Shown here: one piece after another, positions 44,383 to 54,264 of the stretch
How the letters are laid out: each line of letters starts with the position of its first letter
Position numbering within the stretch: the stretch's first letter is position 1
Made by a program: the position numbers and the translations under genes
NCBI GenBank assembly: GCA_012840535.1
Contig: DULF01000049.1
Coordinates: forward strand, 2,846 to 66,845
Origin: Clostridiaceae bacterium
Lineage (GTDB): Bacteria; Bacillota; Clostridia; Acetivibrionales; DUMB01
Length of the DNA stretch: 64,000 nt
Direction: 5' to 3'
The notes under the pieces: generated by a model
What the model was told of the DNA's origin: nothing
What the model saw: the letters and a program-made list of their open reading frames with translations, nothing else
Database searches by the model: none

Positions 44383-45010
44383 GAAAAGTTTACTTTTATA
44401 TGCTGTAACCGACAGGTCCTGGCTTGGAAGTGAAACTCTCGGAAACGCTGTGGAGAAGGCAATAAAAGGCGGAGCGACATTTGTGCAGCTTAGAGAGAAA
44501 GAACTGGAGAATGAAAAATTTCTCAAAGAGGCAAAAGAGATTAAAGAATTGTGTAAAAAGCATAATGTGCCATTTGTTATCAATGATAACGTAGATATAG
44601 CCATAGCGGTGGATGCCGATGGCGTCCATGTAGGGCAGAACGATATGGAAGCCGGTAGTGTACGTAAACTGATAGGCAAGGACAAGATCCTCGGAGTGTC
44701 AGTACAGACGGTGGAACAGGCGGTATTGGCGGAAAAGAGAGGCGCTGATTACCTGGGAGTCGGGGCAGTATTTCCTACCGGTTCTAAGGCTGATGCAGAT
44801 TATGTAAGTATCGATTCCCTGAAAGAAATCTGTGAAGCTGTAAGTATTCCTGTTGTGGCGATCGGAGGTATCAGCAAGCACAATGTGATGAAATTGTCAG
44901 GAACCGGAATATGTGGAATAGCCGTAATCAGTGCGATTTTCGCGCAGCCTGATATTATGAAGGCCACAGCAGAATTAAGAGAATTAATCGAAAAGATGGT
45001 GAATACATGA
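44369..45010 (+). CDS. thiE: Thiamine-phosphate synthase
   Basis: LYAVTDR, VQLREK, GADYLGVGAVFPT and VVAIGGI motifs. ATG 44369 follows AAAGGAG and overlaps the thiM end. Confidence 0.9.
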   Translation: MKFDKKSLLLYAVTDRSWLGSETLGNAVEKAIKGGATFVQLREKELENEKFLKEAKEIKELCKKHNVPFVINDNVDIAIAVDADGVHVGQNDMEAGSVRKLIGKDKILGVSVQTVEQAVLAEKRGADYLGVGAVFPTGSKADADYVSIDSLKEICEAVSIPVVAIGGISKHNVMKLSGTGICGIAVISAIFAQPDIMKATAELRELIEKMVNT

Positions 45011-45693
45011 TTGGGGGAGCAATATTTGACCTGGATGGCACCATACTGGATTCCATGCCTATATGGGATAGTGCCGCGGAAATGTTTTTGGACAGTATAG
45101 GGGTTAAGGCAGAATCCGGGCTTAGTAGATTTTTGTTTTCCATGAGCATGACGGAAGGAGCCGAATTTTTAAAGCACAGATATTGCCTCGATATGGATGT
45201 GGATACAATAATAGCAGGGGTAAACAACACAATAGAAGACTTTTATTTTTACCAGGTACAGTTAAAAGAAGGAGTGGACCAGTTCTTAAAAGGAATGAAG
45301 CAAGCCGGGATTAAAATGGTTATAGCGACAGCCAGTGACAGACTGCTTGTTGAAAGGGCACTGGAAAGACTTAATGTCCTAAGCTGTTTTGGAAGAATAT
45401 TTACATGCACAGAAATAGGCGCAGGCAAGGAAAAGCCGGACATCTATCTTGCCGCGGCAGAATTCATGGGAACGCTTCCAGAAAATACATGGGTTTTTGA
45501 GGATGCGCTGTATGCAATTCGAACTGCTAAAAGCGCCGGCTTTAAGACAGTTGGTGTATATGATGCTTACAGCGTGGATGATGCGGATGAAATTAAAAGA
45601 ATAAGTGATATCTATTTAAGCAAGCTGGATAATATTGATGCTTTCTTTGAAGAGGTATCATTCTTTAAGGAAAGGATATCATTTAACTACTAA
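45007..45693 (+). CDS. HAD-superfamily phosphatase embedded in the thi operon (candidate thiamin monophosphate phosphatase)
   Basis: HAD motif I AIFDLDGTILDS, motif II ATAS, and a C-terminal FEDALYAIRTAKSAG motif. ATGA overlap with thiE. Confidence 0.8.
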   Translation: MIGGAIFDLDGTILDSMPIWDSAAEMFLDSIGVKAESGLSRFLFSMSMTEGAEFLKHRYCLDMDVDTIIAGVNNTIEDFYFYQVQLKEGVDQFLKGMKQAGIKMVIATASDRLLVERALERLNVLSCFGRIFTCTEIGAGKEKPDIYLAAAEFMGTLPENTWVFEDALYAIRTAKSAGFKTVGVYDAYSVDDADEIKRISDIYLSKLDNIDAFFEEVSFFKERISFNY

Positions 45694-45720
45694 AAAATAT
45701 ATAGTGGAATGGGGAATAAG

Positions 45721-46512
45721 ATGAAAACAGTATTAACAATTGCAGGAAGTGATTGCAGCGGAGGTGCCGGTATACAGGCAGATATCAAGACAATGACTGC
45801 AAACGGCGTATATGGCATGAGTGCGATTACTGCACTTACCGCGCAGAATACAACCGGTGTTACGGCAATTATGGAAGTTACTCCGGAATTTTTAGGCAAA
45901 CAGCTGGACTGCATTTTTACCGATATATATCCGGATGCAGTTAAGATCGGCATGGTTTCATCGGCTGAACTGATTAAAAAAATATCGGAAAAACTGGAAC
46001 TTTATGACGCAAAAAATATTGTTGTGGATCCGGTAATGGTATCAACAAGCGGTTCTAAACTTCTTCGGGATGACGCAATAGAAACTCTGAAAAACTATTT
46101 GTTTCGTCAGGCAGTTTTATTGACGCCTAATATCCATGAAGCGTCAATTTTGTCAGGAGTATCCATTACTAATGAGGAGGATATGATTAAAGCAGCTGAA
46201 ATTATCAGCAACGAATACGGGTGTGCCGTCCTTTGCAAGGGAGGGCATAACTTAAACGATGCCAATGATTTGCTGTATCATAATCATAAGTATAGATGGT
46301 TCATTGGGGATAGAATTGATAATAAAAATACTCACGGAACCGGATGTACATTATCCAGCGCTATTGCTTGCGGTCTTGCCAAGGGCTTTGATTTGGAAAC
46401 ATCAATCCAGTTGGCAAAGGAGTATATATCAGGAGCACTGAAAGCTATGCTGAATCTGGGAAAAGGAATCGGACCGCTTAACCATATGTGGAATATCTGC
46501 AAAGAGGAATGA
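45721..46512 (+). CDS. thiD: Hydroxymethylpyrimidine/phosphomethylpyrimidine kinase
   Basis: VLTIAGSDCSGGAGIQADIKT, DPVMVSTSG and NTHGTGCTLSSAIA. Alternative start ATG 45709. Confidence 0.9.
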   Translation: MKTVLTIAGSDCSGGAGIQADIKTMTANGVYGMSAITALTAQNTTGVTAIMEVTPEFLGKQLDCIFTDIYPDAVKIGMVSSAELIKKISEKLELYDAKNIVVDPVMVSTSGSKLLRDDAIETLKNYLFRQAVLLTPNIHEASILSGVSITNEEDMIKAAEIISNEYGCAVLCKGGHNLNDANDLLYHNHKYRWFIGDRIDNKNTHGTGCTLSSAIACGLAKGFDLETSIQLAKEYISGALKAMLNLGKGIGPLNHMWNICKEE

Positions 46513-46564
46513 TAACGAAAAATATATTTAATTTTGTAATTTTTTACTCTAATGTATAAAAAAC

Positions 46565-46593
46565 TTGCCAATATTAAGTTATAGAAGTATAAT
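46565..46593 (+). promoter_or_regulatory. Putative sigma-A promoter of the cbi/hem operon
   Basis: TTGCCA (46565-46570), 17-nt spacer, TATAAT (46588-46593). Confidence 0.6.
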
Positions 46594-46614
46594 AAGAGTG
46601 AAAAGTTAATATCT

Positions 46615-46783
46615 GAAACAGGTGCTGTTGTATGCCTGAAAAGCATACAATGGTGAAAAGGGAAGTGGGTGAGAATCCCACGCGGTCCCGCCGCTGTAAA
46701 AGTGGAGCCCTTGCAAGATGCCACTGGGAAACCGGGAAGGCTGCCAGGGTGATGATGCTTGAGCCAGAAGACCTGCCTGTTTT
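46615..46783 (+). promoter_or_regulatory. Cobalamin (B12) riboswitch aptamer
   Basis: Core GGTGAAAAGGGAAGTGGGTGAGAATCCCACGCGGTCCCGCCGCTGTAA, and B12 box GAGCCAGAAGACCTGCC (46761-46777). P1-type pairing AACAGGTG.../...CCTGCCTGTTT. Confidence 0.85.
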
Positions 46784-46856
46784 GTGACACCATAGACTCT
46801 ACGAGCGATAGAGGAAGGTGTATTGCGTGTATGTGCGTTTTTACACGGAAGTTCGC

Positions 46857-46890
46857 AATCTCTCGGCACTCTATGGCTGAGAGATTTTTT
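46857..46890 (+). terminator. Riboswitch expression-platform intrinsic terminator
   Basis: Stem AATCTCTCGGC / GCTGAGAGATT (one G-U), 8-nt loop, then T6. Confidence 0.75.
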
Positions 46891-46923
46891 ATTGTGAATT
46901 AACAGTTTGGTGGAGTGGTTATT

Positions 46924-47664
46924 TTGACAAAAAGGCTGCAATTAGCTATTGGAATTATGTTTATGACGATACTTATACCTAAAACGGCTTCAGCAATGCA
47001 TATAATGGAGGGATTCCTGCCTCCTGTATGGGCATTCTCATGGGGAGTTCTGTGCATACCCTTTATAGTCATGGGGTTGTTTTCAATTAACAAAACTGTC
47101 AGGGGAAACCCCCGTTTAAAAATTTTGCTGGCAATGGCAGGAGCTTTTGCTTTTGTACTTTCTGCGCTCAAAATACCTTCAGTTACGGGAAGCAGCTCCC
47201 ACCCGACAGGCGTCGGCCTTGGGGCTATCTTTTTCGGGCCTGCTGCCATGTCAGTCCTTGGGCTGATTGTGCTGTTATTTCAGTCGCTGCTTTTAGCCCA
47301 TGGAGGGTTGACAACTCTTGGAGCTAATGTCTTTTCAATGGCAGTTGTTGGACCATTGGTGGCTTTTGCAACCTATAAGCTGATTAAGAGGGCAAAAGGG
47401 CCTCAGTGGTTGGCAGTATTTCTTGCCGCAGCTCTCGGTGATCTTATAACCTATGTGGTTACGGCAATACAGCTTGCACTTGCTTTCCCTGCAGCGGTTG
47501 GCGGATTTGGAGCGTCTCTTGCCAAGTTCATGGGTATCTTTGCTGTGACACAAATTCCCCTTGCAGTTAGCGAAGGCATCCTGACTGTGCTTATATTCAA
47601 AGCAATTTCCGCTCATGCCAGGGAGGAACTGAAGAGCTTAAAAGTGTTTTCAAAGGAGTTATAG
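46924..47664 (+). CDS. cbiM: Cobalt ECF-type transporter substrate-capture component CbiM
   Basis: Signal-like leader ending TASA, followed by the conserved mature N-terminus [10 protein letters not shown]. Polytopic. The start is uncertain (TTG 46924 after GGTGGAG, or GTG 46915). Confidence 0.9.
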   Translation: MTKRLQLAIGIMFMTILIPKTASAMHIMEGFLPPVWAFSWGVLCIPFIVMGLFSINKTVRGNPRLKILLAMAGAFAFVLSALKIPSVTGSSSHPTGVGLGAIFFGPAAMSVLGLIVLLFQSLLLAHGGLTTLGANVFSMAVVGPLVAFATYKLIKRAKGPQWLAVFLAAALGDLITYVVTAIQLALAFPAAVGGFGASLAKFMGIFAVTQIPLAVSEGILTVLIFKAISAHAREELKSLKVFSKEL

Positions 47665-47666
47665 GG

Positions 47667-47987
47667 ATGCAGGACGATGTTAAAAAGAACTCGAAAAAAA
47701 GAAGCATTTATATAAATCTGCTGTTGATATTAACAGTAATAGTTTTGGTCGCTATGCCTCTATATTTAGCCAGGAATGCAGAATTTAGCGGAACAGACAG
47801 TCAGGCGGAAGAGGCAATAGGTGAGATTGCAGCCGGGTATAAGCCATGGTTCTTTCCTATCTTCGAACCACCAAGCGGCGAGGTTGAGAGCTTGCTTTTT
47901 GCGCTGCAGGCTGCTGCCGGTGCGGGAATAATCGGCTATGGACTGGGCTATTTAAGAGGCCGAAAAAAAGGTAATACGGAGAACTGA
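47667..47987 (+). CDS. cbiN: Cobalt transport protein CbiN
   Basis: 106 aa with two TM helices, located between cbiM and cbiQ. Confidence 0.85.
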   Translation: MQDDVKKNSKKRSIYINLLLILTVIVLVAMPLYLARNAEFSGTDSQAEEAIGEIAAGYKPWFFPIFEPPSGEVESLLFALQAAAGAGIIGYGLGYLRGRKKGNTEN

Positions 47988-47988
47988 C

Positions 47989-48783
47989 ATGATTTCTATA
48001 GATAAATATGCGTACAGCTCAAAACTGAGATATAAAGACCCGATGCAAAAGCTTGTTTTCACAGCAATGACTGTGGCTGTTTGCATTTGGGCTAAAAATA
48101 ATATCATATCTGTTGTTGTGATTTTCATGATGGGAGGAATGACTGTTTTGAGAGGCGGCATACCCCTCCGCTTTTTGCTCAAATTACTGCTGGTGCCCAT
48201 GTCATTCCTTCTTGTCAGTATTTTCACTATTGCTGTAAATATATCTGATAACAAGGAACTGCTGCTTCTGGCGGTTCCGGTTGCCGGCAAGTGGATAGGC
48301 TTTTCAGCTGCAGGCCTTAAGGATTCCATCCGGCTTTTTCTAAAAGCTTTAGGAGCGGTATCCTGCCTGTATTTCCTATCCCTCAATACCCCAATGGTTG
48401 ATTTGCTGTCAGCGCTTCGCAGGCTGAGAATACCCAAAATTTTGGTGGAACTTACCGGACTTGTGTACAGGTTTGTCTTTGTCCTCCTGGACACGGTCAA
48501 TAGAATATATATTGCGCAAAGCTCCCGGCTGGGATATTCAAGCTTATCCAGCTCCTACCGTTCCCTGGGGGCAATGGGTTCAATGCTGTTTGTGAAGGCA
48601 TATAAGCAATCTGACGCCCTATACACTGCCCTGGAGGCAAGAGGATATGACGGTGAGCTCAATGTGCTTGCTGAAAACTATGAAAGCCATTGGAGCTGGT
48701 ATGTATCAGCAGTTGCTGTAAACGCCCTGCTGGTTTTGCTGGCTGTTGTCATGAAATCGGCCACAGGAGGTCCGCTTCTATGA
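47989..48783 (+). CDS. cbiQ: Cobalt ECF transporter T component CbiQ
   Basis: Polytopic. Conserved ...RIPKILVELTGLVYRFVFVLLD.. / ARGY motif region. Confidence 0.9.
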   Translation: MISIDKYAYSSKLRYKDPMQKLVFTAMTVAVCIWAKNNIISVVVIFMMGGMTVLRGGIPLRFLLKLLLVPMSFLLVSIFTIAVNISDNKELLLLAVPVAGKWIGFSAAGLKDSIRLFLKALGAVSCLYFLSLNTPMVDLLSALRRLRIPKILVELTGLVYRFVFVLLDTVNRIYIAQSSRLGYSSLSSSYRSLGAMGSMLFVKAYKQSDALYTALEARGYDGELNVLAENYESHWSWYVSAVAVNALLVLLAVVMKSATGGPLL

Positions 48784-49640
48784 ACGGGAACATATTTGAG
48801 ACAAGGGACTTGCATTATATATATCCTGACGGAACAGTTGCATTAAAGGGAATAAGCATTGGAATAAAGAGGGGAAAATGCACTGCTGTTCTTGGCGCCA
48901 ACGGGGCTGGGAAATCCACTTTGTTTTTAAATTTCAACGGGATTTACAAACCCTCGTCAGGGCAGGTTTTATTTAACGGAAATCCTCTTGATTATTCCCG
49001 TAAAGGGTTAAAGGAACTGCGCAGCAAGGTGGGAATGGTTTTTCAGGATCCTGACAGCCAGTTGTTCTCAGCCAGCGTGTTCCAGGATATCTCCTTTGGA
49101 GTGGTTAACATGAAGCTGCCTGAGGAAGAAGCCCGCAGAAGGGTTCAAGCTGCAATGGCAAGGACGGGGATAACCCATCTTAAGGATAAACCGACACACA
49201 GCCTCAGCTTCGGGCAGAAGAAGCGTGTGGCTATAGCCGGTGTTTTAGCCATGGAGCCGGAGGTGCTTGTCCTGGATGAACCAACAGCAGGGCTTGATCC
49301 CATAGGGGTAAACGAGCTTATGAAGCTGCTTCGGCAAATACAGGATACCCTTGGCATTACGGTCATAATATCCACTCATGATATAGATATTGTGCCGCTT
49401 TACTGTGACTACATTTTTGTCATGAATGAAGGAAAGATGGTTTTGGAAGGGACACCGAAGCAGGTTTTTGCGCAGAAGAAAATCCTGAGAAGTATAAGGC
49501 TGAGGCTGCCAAGGATAGGACATTTGATGGAAATACTAAGTGAAAAGGACGATTTTGACCTGGATACTTCGGCAAATACAATATCTGAAGCGCGGGCTGC
49601 ACTTAAGGACTGGAAGAACAGGCATTCAGGCTGTTTGTGA
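48780..49640 (+). CDS. cbiO: Cobalt ECF transporter ATPase CbiO
   Basis: Walker A GANGAGKST, signature LSFGQKKR, Walker B LVLDEPTAGLD. ATG 48780 follows GGAGG, with ATGA overlap with cbiQ. Confidence 0.9.
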   Translation: MNGNIFETRDLHYIYPDGTVALKGISIGIKRGKCTAVLGANGAGKSTLFLNFNGIYKPSSGQVLFNGNPLDYSRKGLKELRSKVGMVFQDPDSQLFSASVFQDISFGVVNMKLPEEEARRRVQAAMARTGITHLKDKPTHSLSFGQKKRVAIAGVLAMEPEVLVLDEPTAGLDPIGVNELMKLLRQIQDTLGITVIISTHDIDIVPLYCDYIFVMNEGKMVLEGTPKQVFAQKKILRSIRLRLPRIGHLMEILSEKDDFDLDTSANTISEARAALKDWKNRHSGCL

Positions 49641-49667
49641 AAAGACGAAAACAGGAGTGATAAAAAT

Positions 49668-50303
49668 ATGCTAGATGGCATTGAAATAGTGAAACCAGAT
49701 GAAATTGAGAAAAGAAGCTTTGAAATAATATCGGGTATCCTGGGGGACAGGAAGTTCAGGAAGGAACATGAACCAATAATAAAAAGAGTGATACACACTA
49801 CTGCTGACTTCGAATACGCAGACCTGATCAATATAAGCGAGGATGCTGTTGAAAGCGCATTTAACGCCATCAGAGGCGGCTGCAGCCTGGTAACGGATAC
49901 AAAAATGGCGCTTGCCGGAATTAACAAGAGATACCTTACAAGATATGGAGGCAAGGCCTACTGCTTCATGGATGATGAAGATATTGCTGCAGGAGCCAAA
50001 GCCGGAAATGTAACCAGGGCTTCGCTATGCATGGAAAAAGCCGCTGAAAATCCCAATATCAAAATTTATGCTGTGGGAAATGCCCCAACGGCGTTGATCA
50101 GGCTCTATGAACTTATAAAAGAAGGCGCTGTAAATCCTGCCCTGATTGTAGGAGTACCTGTGGGCTTTGTAAATGTGGTTGAATCCAAGGAGCTGATAAA
50201 AAAGCTCAGGGTTCCATATATTATAACCGAGGGCAGGAAAGGCGGCAGCAGTGTGGCGGCGGCAATAGTAAACGCAATACTTTATATGATGGGCAGAGAC
50301 TGA
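49668..50303 (+). CDS. cbiC: Cobalt-precorrin-8 methylmutase
   Basis: HTTADFEY, GNAPTAL, GVPVGFV and GRKGGS motifs. Confidence 0.9.
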   Translation: MLDGIEIVKPDEIEKRSFEIISGILGDRKFRKEHEPIIKRVIHTTADFEYADLINISEDAVESAFNAIRGGCSLVTDTKMALAGINKRYLTRYGGKAYCFMDDEDIAAGAKAGNVTRASLCMEKAAENPNIKIYAVGNAPTALIRLYELIKEGAVNPALIVGVPVGFVNVVESKELIKKLRVPYIITEGRKGGSSVAAAIVNAILYMMGRD

Positions 50304-50317
50304 CTTTAGAGGGTTAT

Positions 50318-51454
50318 ATGGAGATGCCTATGGATGATTGTGTAGTTATCGGAGGGAAAAGATACAGAAAGGGATACACGACCGGTTCCTGCGCTGCAGC
50401 TGCGGCAAAAGCCGCTGCTTACATGCTTGTTTCAGGAAAGGCGCTGTGTACCGTTGAAATTGATACTCCGGCAGGGAAAAGGCTGAAACTTGATGTCAAT
50501 AATATAGAAATTGCAGAAAACTTCACCAAATGCTCCGTCACCAAGGATGGCGGGGATGACCCTGATGTTACAAACGGCCTGAAGGTCTTTGCGGAAGCCA
50601 GCCCTTGCAAGTTACCAGGGATTTCCGTAGTCGCTGGGGAAGGTATCGGGAGAGTAACTCTGCCGGGGCTGAAGGTGCCTGTCGGACAGCCGGCTATCAA
50701 CCCGGTTCCCATGAAGATGATTTTAAAGGAAGTGGGCGAGGTGCTTCCGCAGGGTATGGGAGTTGAGATTAAGCTTAGTGTCCCGGGAGGCCGTGAGGTG
50801 GCAGAAAAAACCTACAATCCAAGGCTTGGCATAGTCGGTGGCATATCCATACTGGGCACTTCCGGGATTGTGGTACCGATGTCCGAAGAAGCGTGGAAGG
50901 AGTCGCTGGCCCTGGATTTGAGCATACTTGCTGCAAAGGGCTCAAAAAAAGCGGTTTTCATTTTCGGAAATTACGGTGAAGCTTTTGTGACTGGCAAACT
51001 GCAGCTAAACAGCGGTTTAATCATAAAGATAAGCAATTTTGCGGGATTCATGCTTGACAAAGCTGTGGAGTATGGATTTGAGAAGCTGATAATTGCGGGC
51101 CATCCTGGCAAACTGGTAAAGATTGCAGCCGGTATTTTTCACACTCACAGCAGGGTAGCCGACGCAAGGATGGAGATTATGGCTGCTTATTCAGCTCTTG
51201 AAGGGGCCCCGCAGCAGGTAGTAAGCAGTATATACCAATGCAGGACAACGGAAGCAGCTATGGACATTATCAATAAAAGCGGGTTAAAAGGCGTTTACAA
51301 AAGGATAGTTGAAAACGCGGCAGAAAGATGTATGGAATACACTTTTAAGAAAATAAGGGTGGGAGCTGTCATGTTCGACGCGGCGGATAATTTGCTGGCA
51401 ATGGACAGGGTAGCGGAAGAATTGATTGAGGAATTTAAAGAACAGAGAGGATAA
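50318..51454 (+). CDS. cbiD: Cobalt-precorrin-5B (C1)-methyltransferase
   Basis: RKGYTTGSCAAAAAKAA N-terminal motif; 378 aa. Confidence 0.9.
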   Translation: MEMPMDDCVVIGGKRYRKGYTTGSCAAAAAKAAAYMLVSGKALCTVEIDTPAGKRLKLDVNNIEIAENFTKCSVTKDGGDDPDVTNGLKVFAEASPCKLPGISVVAGEGIGRVTLPGLKVPVGQPAINPVPMKMILKEVGEVLPQGMGVEIKLSVPGGREVAEKTYNPRLGIVGGISILGTSGIVVPMSEEAWKESLALDLSILAAKGSKKAVFIFGNYGEAFVTGKLQLNSGLIIKISNFAGFMLDKAVEYGFEKLIIAGHPGKLVKIAAGIFHTHSRVADARMEIMAAYSALEGAPQQVVSSIYQCRTTEAAMDIINKSGLKGVYKRIVENAAERCMEYTFKKIRVGAVMFDAADNLLAMDRVAEELIEEFKEQRG

Positions 51455-51463
51455 GGTGCGGAC

Positions 51464-52720
51464 ATGGGAAATAAGCTGTATGTTATTGGAATGGGACCGG
51501 GTTCTGAGAAACTTGTTCACCCGGCTGCCAGAGAACTTATTGAAAACTGTGATGTGCTGATAGGAGGCAGAAGAAATCTGGAGCCTTATGCCCATCTGTC
51601 CAAGGAAATGCTGGTAATAGGTAATAATCTTGATGAAATATACAACTACATAAGGGGCAATATCGAAAAAAAGCGCATAGCCGTGCTGGCCAGCGGGGAT
51701 CCGGGGCTCTACGGCATTATGTCCTCTTTGAAAGAGAATCTTCCTCAAGTTGAAATGGAAGTTGTTCCGGGGATAAGTTCACTTCAATATTTTTGTAGTA
51801 AGCTGCACATATGCTGGAACGACATTGCAATTACAAGCGTACACGGCAGGCAGCAGTCACAGCTGTATGACATAATCAAGGCCAACAGGAAAACAGCGGT
51901 TTTCACGGGAGGTGTGCAGTCGCCGGACGCAATATGCCGTAAAATGGCCGAACTGGGGCTAAATAACGCTGTTGTGGCTGTGGGTGAAAACCTTTCATAT
52001 GAAAATGAGAGGATTACTGTCGGCAGTCCCGATGAAATAGGGAAAAAGACCTTTGGCAACCTGTCGCTTATGATTATACAACACAACGGCGACATAACCG
52101 GCGCTCAATCCCAAAGGGAAATTTCAACACCCTCCCGGTGGGAGTATTCAACGCCGGGAATACCGGACCACCTGTTCATAAGAGGAGATGTTCCAATGAC
52201 AAAGGAAGAAATCCGCTCAGTGTCTATATCAAAACTCAGGCTGAAAAATGACAGCATAGTATATGACATTGGTGCGGGTACAGGTTCCGTTTCCGTTGAG
52301 TGCGGACTGGTTTGCAGGTACGGGCAGGTCTTTGCAATAGAAAAGGACGGTGAAGGCGTCGGGCTGATAGAAAAAAACGCTGGGAAGTTCGGTGTACGGA
52401 ATATAACAATTGTAAATGGTGAGGCTCCGGCAGCATTAAAAGGACTTCCGAAACCTGACAGAATATTTATCGGCGGGACAGGCGGCCATATGGAAGAAAT
52501 CCTTGACTGGATCCACAGGGAATGCCGGGATGTCCGGGTTGTGGCAAATACAGTGACGATAGAATCAACCTGTGAAATCATTGAAGGGTTAAAGAAAAGA
52601 GGTTTTGGCGATATTGAGATAATTAATTTATCGGTTTCGCGTGACAGGGAGGCCGGGGAAAAACATATAATGACAGCTTTGAATCCGGTTTACATCATCA
52701 GCGCGGAAAAACAAGTGTAG
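51464..52720 (+). CDS. cbiET: Fused cobalt-precorrin-7 (C5)-methyltransferase / cobalt-precorrin-6B (C15)-methyltransferase (decarboxylating)
   Basis: N-terminal tetrapyrrole methylase LYVIGMGPGS... (CbiE). C-terminal SAM-MTase VYDIGAGTGSVSVE (CbiT). Confidence 0.9.
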   Translation: MGNKLYVIGMGPGSEKLVHPAARELIENCDVLIGGRRNLEPYAHLSKEMLVIGNNLDEIYNYIRGNIEKKRIAVLASGDPGLYGIMSSLKENLPQVEMEVVPGISSLQYFCSKLHICWNDIAITSVHGRQQSQLYDIIKANRKTAVFTGGVQSPDAICRKMAELGLNNAVVAVGENLSYENERITVGSPDEIGKKTFGNLSLMIIQHNGDITGAQSQREISTPSRWEYSTPGIPDHLFIRGDVPMTKEEIRSVSISKLRLKNDSIVYDIGAGTGSVSVECGLVCRYGQVFAIEKDGEGVGLIEKNAGKFGVRNITIVNGEAPAALKGLPKPDRIFIGGTGGHMEEILDWIHRECRDVRVVANTVTIESTCEIIEGLKKRGFGDIEIINLSVSRDREAGEKHIMTALNPVYIISAEKQV

Positions 52721-52794
52721 AAAAATCAGTACATAACAGAAAAAATAAGCGCGGAATATTGTTAGCGCGGAAAAACTGTTGCAGAAAAAGGAGA

Positions 52795-53508
52795 ATGATT
52801 GTGCCTGGAAAATTGTACGGAGTGGGAGTTGGACCGGGGGATCCGGAACTTGTTACATTAAAAGCGAAAAGGATACTTGAGACGGTGGATTATATCGCCA
52901 TACCCAAGACAGCTTCAGATAAGGAAAGTGTGGCGCTGTCGATTGTGGAAGGTGTACTTGACATGAAAAAAGCTATTCTTGAGCTGTTTTTTCCCATGAG
53001 CTTTGATTCGGAGGTACTGGAAAAAAGCTGGAGCAATTCCGTATCGGAAGTCAAAGCAAAGCTTGACGGGGGAAAGGATGTTGCCTTTATTACACTTGGG
53101 GACCCTACCGTTTACAGCACTTACATGTATATTCACAAAGAAATTGAACGCATGGGATATGATACAGAAATAATTCCAGGGATAACATCCTTCTGCGCAG
53201 CAGCCGCAAGGCTTGGAATAAGCCTGGCTGAGAACAGGGAAGCTTTTGCAGTGGTACCTTCAGCCTATGAATGCGAAAACCTGGATGCCATTATTGCAAG
53301 CTGCGAAAATGTGGTATTGATGAAGGTGTCAAGGAATTTACCAAAGATAACGAACAAACTAAATGATATAGGACTTTTGGACAAAGCGGTCCTTGTAAGC
53401 AAATGCGGGTTCCCGGATGAAACAATCGAATATGACCTTAAGGAAGCATCCGGAAAAAAATTAAGTTACTTTACCACAATGATTGTAAAGAGAAAAGGGG
53501 TTAAATAG
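52795..53508 (+). CDS. cbiL: Cobalt-factor II / precorrin-2 C20-methyltransferase
   Basis: KLYGVGVGPGDPELVTLKA. The start could be GTG 52801, given the AAAAGGAGA RBS ending at 52794. Confidence 0.9.
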   Translation: MIVPGKLYGVGVGPGDPELVTLKAKRILETVDYIAIPKTASDKESVALSIVEGVLDMKKAILELFFPMSFDSEVLEKSWSNSVSEVKAKLDGGKDVAFITLGDPTVYSTYMYIHKEIERMGYDTEIIPGITSFCAAAARLGISLAENREAFAVVPSAYECENLDAIIASCENVVLMKVSRNLPKITNKLNDIGLLDKAVLVSKCGFPDETIEYDLKEASGKKLSYFTTMIVKRKGVK

Positions 53509-53511
53509 GCC

Positions 53512-54264
53512 ATGGTATATTTCATAGGTGCAGGACCCGGAGATCCGGAACTGATAACAGTTAAAGGAAAAAAGCACATTGAAGAGGCAGATATCGTAAT
53601 ATATGCAGGCTCCCTGGTAAATAAGGAGCTTTTGAAGTACTGCAAACCCTCAGCCCAAATATATAACAGCGCCGGAATGACACTGGATGAAGTGCTGAAG
53701 ATAATGGTCAAGGGAGTTAAGGAAGGCAAAAAAATCGCAAGGCTCCATACCGGAGACCCGTCAATTTACGGCGCTGTCAGGGAGCAGATGGATGCGCTTG
53801 ACAGGCATGGTATTCAATATAAAGTTATTCCAGGTGTAAGTTCTTTTTTGGCAACTGCTGCAGCGTTGAAAAAGGAGTATACACTGCCCGGCGTTACACA
53901 AACTGTCATACTCACGCGGATGGAGGGAAGGACAGAGGTGCCTTCGGAAGAAAGAATAGAAGCTCTTGCCGCACATAAAGCGACAATGGTCATTTTTCTC
54001 AGCATAGGCATGATTGATGAACTGGTATCAAGGCTTAAAGCCGGGTATGAAGAAAACACCCCTGTAGCTGTTGTATATAAAGCAAGCTGGCCTGAGCAGA
54101 AAATTGTCAGGGGGACTTTAGCGGATATTGCAGGCAAGGTTAGAGCGGAAGGCATAAAGAAGACTGCTCTTGTTGTGGTAGGCAACTTCCTGGGAGATGA
54201 ATATGAGCTTTCAAAGCTTTATGATAAAAGCTTTTCACATGAATTCAGGAGTGCACGGGAATGA
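53512..54264 (+). CDS. cbiF: Cobalt-precorrin-4 C11-methyltransferase
   Basis: VYFIGAGPGDPELITVKG...IVIYAGSLV...RLHTGDPSIYGA. Confidence 0.9.
   Translation: MVYFIGAGPGDPELITVKGKKHIEEADIVIYAGSLVNKELLKYCKPSAQIYNSAGMTLDEVLKIMVKGVKEGKKIARLHTGDPSIYGAVREQMDALDRHGIQYKVIPGVSSFLATAAALKKEYTLPGVTQTVILTRMEGRTEVPSEERIEALAAHKATMVIFLSIGMIDELVSRLKAGYEENTPVAVVYKASWPEQKIVRGTLADIAGKVRAEGIKKTALVVVGNFLGDEYELSKLYDKSFSHEFRSARE

Noticed and set aside
43936-44685. Long antisense ORFs opposite well-supported genes. Examples: 43936..44685(-) 249 aa, 54245..54898(-) 217 aa, 49409..49954(-) 181 aa, 52105..52581(-) 158 aa, 58107..58571(-) 154 aa, 60625..61203(-) 192 aa.
   Set aside because: Each lies entirely inside a plus-strand gene with unambiguous family motifs (thiM/thiE, cbiG, cbiO/cbiC, cbiET, cbiJ/sirC, cobA-hemD). 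Their translations are low-complexity Ser/Pro/Ile-rich with no motifs or RBS. They are typical shadow ORFs of relatively GC-rich coding sequence.
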